Assembly: GCF_006345805.1 (NCBI RefSeq)
Contig: NC_042998.1
Span: 145,452,001-145,516,000 of the forward strand
Length of the DNA: 64,000 nucleotides
Direction: 5' to 3'
DNA from: Octopus sinensis
Taxonomy: Eukaryota
Numbering within the stretch: position 1 is the first letter of the stretch; every line of letters starts with the position of its first letter. Below the pieces are notes generated by a model. The model was given only the letters and a program-made list of their open reading frames with translations, was not told where the DNA came from and ran no database searches. The translations under genes and the position numbers were made by a program. This document shows positions 54,108 to 64,000 of the stretch, in pieces.

Positions 54108-54350
54108 TTTCTTTATTAGCCACACAGGGCTGAACACAGAGGGGACAAATTACAAAGTAGAGTTTTTCTTTTGGGGGAGAAAGAAAAACGAAAAAAAAAG
54201 AAAAAGAAAATAAGAAAATAAGGGTGTAGGTTTTCGATCAAAAGTGATCATAAAAAACCAAAAAAAAAACCATCAATAAGGATCGTGTATCATAGAAATG
54301 TCATGATGTAAAGTGTAAAGGGGGAATCAGATAAGGGTTATCCGTGGAAA
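54108..54350 (-). mobile_element. Retroelement 3' UTR sharing its terminal 42 bp with one family A SINE tail
   Basis: 54108-54149 matches 27645-27686 at 37/42; the upstream sequence is unrelated to the SINE. Confidence 0.6.
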
Positions 54351-54378
54351 GATAGAAGATAGATAGATAGATAGATAT

Positions 54379-54456
<78 letters not shown>

Positions 54457-55091
54457 GGAAACACTCCACACGTAAGTACAGGACAATCACACCTTCAGAA
54501 ATATAGACATGTCTTCAAGAAGTCTTTACAACGATATGCACAAGTTCTTCAAATTCTAACACAAACAGTTATTTGCATAGATCACATACATGCAGAAATA
54601 TTTGCGCTCACACATGCAAACATGCATAGAGGTACATACACATAACTTATAATGCCTCACATGAATAAATGGTGTGTATGTGTGCATGAAAATACGGATA
54701 TAACACACAGTTAACATATACACACACATAAACATACCTTTGCACACACATGAACTTACTTATACACATACAGACATACATTTACACATATTCACACACA
54801 CGCATGACTCTGCTTTTCCACCCATATAAAAACACATACTCTCTCACACACAGACGAACAAAGAATCTCTATATACACATAAACCTATTCACACACACAT
54901 ACACACACACAAACACAGACACACACACACAAACACAGACACACACACACATGCATAAACAACATACGTGCCCACAGGCTTATCAAAAATAAGCGCCAAC
55001 ACATCCATATGCACATATATACATGCATATATAGGTGTATAAAACACACACACACAAACACATGTAAATAAATACACAAAGTCGTCCTCTG

Positions 55092-55191
55092 NNNNNNNNN
55101 NNNNNNNNNNNNNNNNNNNNNNNNNNNNNNNNNNNNNNNNNNNNNNNNNNNNNNNNNNNNNNNNNNNNNNNNNNNNNNNNNNNNNNNNNNN
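55092..55191. other. Assembly gap (100 N)
   Basis: Run of exactly 100 N. Confidence 0.99.
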
Positions 55192-55346
55192 TGCCTACAC
55201 ATTAAGGGGGCAACCGTTATCTGAAACGATGCTTACAAACAGGTTTAAATAATATATATGCATACAAAACAGTATACAAGTGCACATAGACAGATAACTA
55301 TGCATGTATGTATATATGCATATATACAGACACATATGTGCATACG

Positions 55347-55386
<40 letters not shown>

Positions 55387-55513
55387 TATATAATATATAT
55401 GCATTATATGTATATGCTATATATATATATATATATGCATAATATATATATATATATGTATATATATAAATATATATATGTATTATTTATATATATATGT
55501 ATATTATAAATAT

Positions 55514-55565
<52 letters not shown>

Positions 55566-55708
55566 GATATGTATATATATATATATCTATATATATCATA
55601 CGTCTTTACACACATGTACACACATACAGATGAACATGTATGCCTACTTGCATTATATATATATATATGCTTGTATATATATGTATGTACGTATGTATGT
55701 ATTTATAT

Positions 55709-55739
<31 letters not shown>

Positions 55740-56046
55740 ACGTATATATGCATATATATATATTATATCATATATATATCGCTCACGGAATGGGTAGAAA
55801 TATCACTTCACCTTTCTTCACGAGACACACCTTAGCAAAAGGGGGTTAATTTTCTCTGGTAGGTGCACAGCTGTACAACATTTCCCTCTCTGCTTGACAA
55901 GAGGAAAAAGATGAGACACACTCACTGGAAGCGTGAGTGAGAGAGAGAGAGAGAGAAAGAGAGGGTGAAGGAAAGAGTGAGAGATTGAGAGAGGGTGAGA
56001 GGGAAAGACAGAGAAACAAAAAAATGAGGGTGAGGGTAGGGTGAGA

Positions 56047-56083
<37 letters not shown>

Positions 56084-56537
56084 AGAATGAGCGAGAGAGG
56101 GAGGAAGTGGTATCTGCGAAAGCACCACGTTGCATTTTAATACACCACACAACACACAAACATTCACATCACATCACACTGCATTACACCACGCTTCACC
56201 ATATTATAAACCACACGACACTACACCACAACACCAGACCGAATCCGAGCGAGTGAGCGAGTTTTAAAGGTGGGCTTTATACCACAACAAGCGGTGTGTT
56301 ACACTTTCACTGTCGAGGAAGAAGATAAACAAACGCCGTATTATATCGTTTTGGATAACAGCAGCAAAGAGAAAGACCCGGTTAAGTGCGATAAACATCA
56401 TACATACATACATATATACACACATACATACATATGTGCATACATACATATGTGCATACATACATATACATAAATATATAATATCTATGATATTATATAT
56501 ATATTAAATATATTATCCCTCACGGACATATATATAT

Positions 56538-56577
<40 letters not shown>

Positions 56578-57497
56578 CCACACATATATATATATATATA
56601 TACATACATACATTCATACATACGGCAATGTATGGTCGTTGTGCATGTGTGTGCATCCTGTTGGCGATATGCATGTCAATGTGCTGAGTGAATGAATGAA
56701 CGAGCGAACAAGTGGCGTATGCATGTATATTTGCGTGAATGCATATGACTGTAAGTCGGCGTGAAGTTGTAAGCATGTGTGCGATGCACATGTCTGCATG
56801 TATCGGGGGTGAGTGAGTGTATGTGCACATGTGTATGTGTGTTGTATGTATATGTGTGTATATATATATATATATTTATATATATGAATGTATATGTGTG
56901 TATATATAAATATATATTTATATACATATCCCTTTACAAATATAAAAAAAACAAACCCCTCAACGAAACTTCCACCAACGGACCGATATATATATATTTG
57001 TATATATATATATATGGTAAGTTCATATTTATATTATATTTTAGTTTTCTTTGGTACTTTGAAATTCAATCTATGATGTGAAAAAAAAATTTAAATGTCA
57101 TAATAAAGAAATAAATTAATAAGAAAAAATTTTTAAAAACTGAAATGTAAAAAAATAGATAAAAAACAAGATGTATTTAAACTCAAACAAGTATACATAT
57201 TCATGCTTTTAAATTCGCAAACAATCGATGTACGGAAGCATGTGTGCGCGCACACACACACACACGTGTGTGTGTATGTGTGTGTGTATGTATAAATATA
57301 TACATACATATATATAAATATATATAAATGTATACATATATACATATATATACATATATATATATACATATATATACACAAATATACAGAAATATATATG
57401 TATGTATACATATACGTATATATATATATAATTATATATATATTATATATATATATATATACATACATACGTATGTATGTACACATACACATACATG

Positions 57498-57531
<34 letters not shown>

Positions 57532-57714
57532 TGTATGTATGTATGTATGTATGTATGTATGCGTGTATGTATGCATGTATGTATGTTAGCATGTATTTAA
57601 TAACCATGTTTTTGGTGTTTCCGTTCTGCTTCTATAACATCGTTCGATTGTTCTCATCACAATTTTTGCAAATATAAACATTGATACGATTCATCGTAGC
57701 TACCGCCGTATTCG

Positions 57715-57950
<236 letters not shown>

Positions 57951-58169
57951 GTCGTCATCGACCTTATTGTTTCTGTTACTTTTTGCTCCTCATTTGAGAT
58001 TTTGCTTTCATTCATAAGACTTAGGTTTATCAAATTCGTTCTTTCTCTTTGTACATTTTTTCTGCCTTTTCCTTTAATTCACTATTATTACTTCCTTTCT
58101 GTTTCTCCTCCGAGCACTTCTTAGGTAAAACATTTAATTTTATCATTCATGGCATTTATATATACAGAT

Positions 58170-58240
<71 letters not shown>

Positions 58241-58315
58241 CACCAAAACACACACACACACACAAATAGATATTCGGCCAGTTACATGTACGTAACACAT
58301 GAGCGGCTATCTACT

Positions 58316-58415
<100 letters not shown>

Positions 58416-58629
58416 CCGATAAAACTTTCTCCTCGACTCTGTGTACGTGATTGAATGTGCATAAGCGTGTGCCTGTGTATGTATATGCATATAGTACTTA
58501 TGTGCATAAGTATATATATATATATATATGTATGTAGTATGTATGTATGTATGTATGTATGTATGTATGTATGTATTATGTATGTATGTATGTATGTATG
58601 TATGTATGTATGTATGTATGTACGTAGCT

Positions 58630-58795
58630 ATATAAGTAGCAGTGTGGTAAGAAGCTTAGTTCCTAACAACATGGTTCCGAGTTCAGTTCCACTGCGTTGC
58701 ACTTTTTGCAAGTGTCTTCTACTATGGACTCAAGCAGATCGAGCAGAGTAAAGCCTTGTGAGTGGATGTCGTAGAGGGAAACTGAAAGGTTGTCG

Positions 58796-58830
<35 letters not shown>

Positions 58831-58892
58831 GCATGTATGTATGTAATCTACATACATACAAACATACGTATATATATACATACATACATATG

Positions 58893-58951
<59 letters not shown>

Positions 58952-59180
58952 ATAGAGTGGTGTGTGTGTTAAATCTGTGGTCAGTCTGTGTTTGTCCCCA
59001 CCACCGCTTATCAACGGGTGGTGGTTGGGTTTACCTGTCCTTTAGTTAGCAGTTCGGCAATACTGATGCGAAGAATAACTACACTACCAAGCTTCAAAAA
59101 AAGTACTGGTGTGAAAGTCCTTCACACCGGTACCCCAGCATGGCCGCAGTCTAATGACTAAAGCAGGTAAAAGACAATAG
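58630..59180 (+). mobile_element. Family B SINE with an expanded internal (TA)/(TACA) tract
   Basis: GTGTGGTAAGAAGC..GGTTCCGAGTTCAGTTCC head; CAGCATGGCCGCAGTC tail. Confidence 0.85.
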
Positions 59181-59529
59181 ATACACACACGCAGACACAA
59201 ACACATACACACCCACAAACCCACACAAACGCACACACACACACACACATAACCTACTTACATAACCTACAATAAATTGAATCAATCGCTTCACCTTTCG
59301 CATTTAGTTAAACCCATCGATAACAACTCATGATCAGGTTGATTGATTCTTGGGAAGGGGGAGAATTTGGGGGTGAGGATCTACACTTACAACAGTGTCG
59401 TCGTCTGTGCATCTCTCTGTCACTCAGTCTCTCCCTCGATAAAGTTTGATAGGTGCCATGAAAATAACTTTTGCTCCTTCACTCATTTTGCAACTTCTGC
59501 CGATTAAAAATATGATAAATATATATAGA

Positions 59530-59562
<33 letters not shown>

Positions 59563-59609
59563 TCGGTTTTTGATTTGTGTTTATCTTGTTTGTACTATCA
59601 CACACGCAC

Positions 59610-59649
<40 letters not shown>

Positions 59650-59828
59650 GTACACGCACACACATGCACATATACTGTGAATATGTGAGTATAAACATAT
59701 AAAGTGTAGCATAATATATATGAACTATATGTATATATGTATGTATATCTATATAATTGTCTATATATATGTATTTATATATATATATGTATATATAAAT
59801 GTGTTGTTATATATATGTATATATTTTA

Positions 59829-59884
<56 letters not shown>

Positions 59885-59889
<5 letters not shown>

Positions 59890-60090
59890 ACCTCGTGAAG
59901 ACTACTGCCCCAAATTTTTTTCCTCTGTCCTCCCGTCTCGGGATCTTTCTTTCTCCTATGTTTCCGACGAAGAGCTCCGCTCGAAACGTCATACCCTCCT
60001 TCTTCCATTTTCCTGAGCGCCTAATAATAATAATACTGTAATTGTTCCACGTGTTGGTTGTTTTCTGTTTTCCCGTTTTTGGATTAACCT
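59885..60090 (+). mobile_element. About 200-bp Penelope-like repeat with a minimal hammerhead motif at 59960-59994
   Basis: GUUU-CCGACGA-A-GAGC(UCC)GCUC-GAAACGUC/AUAC; (TA)n flanks. Confidence 0.65.
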
Positions 60091-60110
60091 TATATATATA
60101 TATATATATA

Positions 60111-60154
<44 letters not shown>

Positions 60155-60383
60155 ATAAATATATATATATCATGTAGATGTACATACATATATATGCATG
60201 CATGTATATATGTATCTATATATATGGGTGTGCGTGTGAGTATGTGTGTATGTATCAATGCATGTGGGTATACTACACACCTGTAGTATATATAAAATAT
60301 ACATGTGTATGTATGCAATGCATATATGTAATATATATACACGTATATTTATGTGCACATGTGCATGCACTTATATGCATATA

Positions 60384-60692
60384 TCACCGTGATCACCGTG
60401 ACCGACAAGGCTATCAGATGTTGGTACACATCACTGTTCACAAAGCGCTTCGCATTGTTTTAGCCTTCAAAATGACGCCACACCGCTGGCTAAGCGAGCA
60501 GGTCAACAGAAGAAAGGGTGAGAGAAAGTTTTAGCGAAAGAGTACAGCAGGGAACGGCACCACACCCAGCCGGCGCCTCGTGGAGCTTTAGGTGTTTTCG
60601 CTCAATAAACACTCACAAAGCCCGGTCTGGGAATCGAAACTGCGACCCTACGACCGTGAGTCCGCTGCCCTAACCACAGTCATTGCGCCTCC
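60384..60692 (-). mobile_element. tRNA-derived SINE family D
   Basis: The reverse complement starts GGAGGCGCAATGACTGTGGTTAGGGCAGCGG..TTTCGATTCCC; inverted homologue at 63095-63381. Confidence 0.85.
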
Positions 60693-60724
60693 ACACACAC
60701 ACACACATATACATCTACATCTAC

Positions 60725-60756
<32 letters not shown>

Positions 60757-60759
60757 CCG

Positions 60760-60950
60760 GCCATCGCCATGATTGACAGCTAGCTACTAAAGCTTTCGTT
60801 TTTTTATCCCCTCTCTCTGTTTCCTCGTGTTCCTTTCTGTTGAAGAGCCTAGGCTCGAAACGTAGAATACTTTCTCACCTTCCCGAGCGTTAAACTAATA
60901 CACCGGTTTGTTGTTTACACACCTGTTTTCGCTTTTTTGTAAATTCCGAC
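60760..60950 (+). mobile_element. Second copy of the 18355-18560 family with a minimal hammerhead-like motif at 60834-60867
   Basis: UUU-CUGUUGA-A-GAGCC(UA)GGCUC-GAAACGUA/GAA. Confidence 0.6.
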
Positions 60951-61006
60951 TACACACACACACACACACACGCACACAGACACACACACACACACATATA
61001 TATATG

Positions 61007-61049
<43 letters not shown>

Positions 61050-61132
61050 TGTTTTTAGAAACGCCTAAATCCGGAGAAGTACACTCTAAGAAGTAGAACA
61101 GTCTATATTTACTACTGGTGAAGGAAGGTTTA

Positions 61133-61192
61133 TAGGGTTACCTTGGGTTTCTTGCCATAAAGGGTACCTTTATGTCGTGTCTTCAGACCCTA
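61133..61192 (-). ncRNA. Type I hammerhead ribozyme with canonical core
   Basis: UAGGGU-CUGAAGA-...CAUAAAGG(UAC)CCUUUAUG...-GAAACC(CAA)GGUA/ACCCUA; 6-bp stem I, 8-bp stem II, 3-bp stem III. Confidence 0.78.
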
Positions 61193-61216
61193 AAACATGT
61201 TGGCCTATAGGAATAT

Positions 61217-61260
61217 CTGAAGATATGCCATAAAGATACTCTTTATGGTAAGAAACCCAG
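61217..61260 (+). ncRNA. Partner hammerhead motif (core and stem II intact, stems I and III broken)
   Basis: CUGAAGA-UA-UGCCAUAAAGA(UAC)UCUUUAUGGUA-A-GAAAC. Confidence 0.5.
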
Positions 61261-62329
61261 AACAACCCAATAAACCGGCCTTCACCAGTAATAAATAAAT
61301 GTGTGTGTGTGTGTCTGTTGGCGTGTGCGTGTGTTTCTGTGTATACATATATGCGCGCATATATACATATGTACAAATAGTTATGTGTATTTAGAGAGAA
61401 AAAAAAATGAGTGAAAAAGACAGCATAGAGAGAGTAAAAAAAGAAGAAACAAACTTTTAGATTATAAGCAGGTATATGGGTGCATATGTTTGTGTATATA
61501 TGTAAGCTTGTGTGTGTGCACGCGTGCGTGTGGGTAAGCGTATGCGTGAGCGAGCGAAAGAGAGAGGGAGAGCGAGAGAGAGAGAGAGAGAGTGTGTGTG
61601 TGTGTGTTTGTGTGTGTGTCTTAATGATGAAGAATACACTTTGTTTCTTTTGAAAGTAGTATGGGTGTGTATATGTGTGTATGTGCATCTTTGTGTATGT
61701 AAGTGGCTATACGTAAGTATGTGCTTGTGTGTGTATGTGTATATATATGTTTGTGTGTATGTGTGTTTATATGCATGTATGCGCGTATATATATATGCAT
61801 ATGTTCATGTGTATGTTTGTTTATGTGTGTATATGTGAATACATATGTATGTGTCTCTATATGCGTGTGCACGCGTGTGTGATACTCGACAACTTATTGG
61901 AAGCTTAATGTTTACAGTGCAAATCCTCCCATATTAGATGTTGTTATTATCGATGTTGATGTAATTGTTGTTGTTGTCGTTTTTGCTTAATCCCATGTAA
62001 CAGACGTCCGTGAGATCATACGATGAAAGACATTTCTTCTGATTCCTTCTCTCTTTTATTGTGCCATAGTGTATCTCGTAGTACACTGTTAAATGTGTTA
62101 CGTATTCAGTTTTTTTTATTGTGATTTGAGGGAGATTCAGTTGTATTTCTTGCTTATCGAGCAACCACGTTGATGTAAAGGTATTTTCATAGAAAACGGT
62201 TAGGAGTGTGATGTGATGTTGTGACTGTTATGCGTTTTCCATGTGCATTAATGACGTAAGGGATTTGTTTCCATTATAATGAGCTCACAGTTGAAACTGA
62301 GTTTGGAGATTTATGTTGGTGAAATCCTG

Positions 62330-62560
62330 CCGCCGCCGCCGCAGCCGCCACCGCTACCACCGCCATCACCACCAACCACCACACCAACATCACCGCCATC
62401 ACCACTATTACCACCACACCGCCATCAGCACCATCACCACTATTACCACCACCACTAACAACAACAACAATAACACTGCCGCCGCGGCCGCCGCCACGGC
62501 CGCCGCCACCATCGCTACTACCACCACCTCAACAACAACAACAACAGCAACAGCAACATG
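62330..62560. repeat. GC-rich compound triplet tract (CGC/CAC/CAA)
   Basis: Direct reading. Confidence 0.85.
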
Positions 62561-62904
62561 ACGAGAGTTCTTCAGTGATATATAATTATGATACATGACT
62601 ATTATTCATTGTGGGTTGCGTGTTTTCAAAGGTTTCAGTCAAAGGCGTACAACCCTAATCTTGGTCATAAGATTTATCATATGATTTATCATAAAACCCC
62701 CCAAAAGTAGATGCATTAAAGAACTAAAATCGTTCTGCAAAGAAGGATATCTGCTTTTGGGAAAGTCCCGAGCATGTGAACCTTCTCCAGCACTCCCTAT
62801 ACGAGCTGGGCGAGCTCATACCCTTCCCTGCCGCCTTTAAGTAGATTACTGGAACCTCGGATATTATGACTAGATTTTGGATGAATATTGGAGAGGTTTC
62901 CTGT

Positions 62905-63381
62905 TCGCTAAATGCGGCTTGCGTGGCACCTTGGGCAAATGTCAACTACTCGGGCTGACCAAAGCCTTGTGAGTGGATTTGGTACACGGAAACTGAGGGA
63001 AGCCGGTCGTATGTATGTATGTATGTATGTATGTATGTATGTATGTATGTATGTATGTATGTATGTATGTGTGTGCGTGTCTCTGTGTGTGTGTGGAGTC
63101 GCAATGGCCCAGTGGTTAGGGCAGCGGACTCGCGGTTTCGATTCCCAGACAGGACGTTGTGAGTGTTTATTGAGCGAAAACACCTAAAGCTCCACGAGGC
63201 TCCGGCAGGGGGTGGTGGCAATCCCTGGTGTACTCTTTCGCCACAACTTTCTCTCACTCATTCTTCTGTTGGCCTGCTCACTTAACCAGCGGGGTGACGT
63301 CATTTGAAGGCTAAAACAATGCGAAGCGCATTGTTACTAGCGATGTGTAGCAACATCTGATAGCCTGGTCGGTCACAGTGA
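62905..63381 (+). mobile_element. Truncated family B SINE (62905-63012), (TATG)n, then family D SINE (63095-63381)
   Basis: GCGTGGCACCTTGGGCAAATGTC; GGAGTCGCAATGGCCCAGTGGTTAGGGCAGCGG. Confidence 0.85.
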
Positions 63382-63417
<36 letters not shown>

Positions 63418-64000
63418 TGTATGTATGTATGTATGTATGTATGTGTGTGTGTATGTATGTATGTATGTATGTATGTATGTATGTATGTATACCAGTGGCG
63501 ACTCCGGCACTCGAGTTGTTCGGGCTTAGCCCAAGTATAAATTTAGTCAAGTGAACGTGTATTTGCAAGCTGATTTAATTTCTACCAACACTGACTTCAA
63601 GAATGTAATTGCAGCCAATAACTTGGGCTCCTTTTATTGAGCCTGGTCGAGGTTCATTCATTTTCGTTCAGCGTCTAGCGGTGTCTTAGAAGTGCCCTGT
63701 ATCAAAAAATATTCGTAGCAGTCGTTCTCTCGACATCGGTTACACACGCCTGACTCGGCTCAGATGTTACAGGCCGAGCTATTATCTATAATCGTAGTTT
63801 TCTTGAAACAATAAATTTCTATAGAGATTAGTATTTAAATTCCAGTCTATGTAAAGTTTACGTTCTATAATATTCTTAAAGGAACGAAAATTTATCCAGC
63901 ACATCGGGCTAATACGAGAGGTTGAGAAATATGTCTTACTGCATATAGTTACTATTTGATAAAAACAGGTAATGGGTCCTGCGCCACTTACTACGATGTG

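Noticed and set aside
62313-62596. GC-rich ORFs with poly-His/Ala/Thr as a transcription-factor exon
   Set aside because: Pure compound triplet repeat with no complex domain or convincing splice sites
63493-63989. CAGTGGCG...CGCCACTT as a hAT-type MITE
   Set aside because: Only 7 bp of terminal match, no 8-bp TSD, and the right flank lies at the window edge

Overview
Repeat-saturated, AT-rich eukaryotic non-coding DNA. The SINE families and the microsatellite spectrum match what I recall of Octopus (coleoid cephalopod) genomes; the species assignment is inference. No host protein-coding gene is supported, and most ORF-track entries are translated microsatellites. Recognisable content: many tRNA-derived SINEs in at least 4 families, often chained in one orientation; five fragments of R4/Dong restriction-like-endonuclease LINEs; a HERO-type LINE 3' end; a full-length decayed mariner with TIRs and TA TSD; two maT (DD37D) remnants; a Chapaev3-like transposase remnant; MITEs; Helitron-like ends; several local duplications; and a 100-N gap. 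The most striking signal is about 11 type I hammerhead-ribozyme-like motifs (plus weaker remnants) in several unrelated short Penelope-like repeats. These include two palindromic twin-hammerhead cassettes, one hammerhead inside a 33-bp-TIR element, and a recurrent CCGANGA (U4C) core variant. Also notable are a nested, about 99%-identical inverted duplication (16.6-20.5 kb) and a mariner made of two head-to-head 5' halves. All alignments, identities and folds were done by eye; no database search was run.
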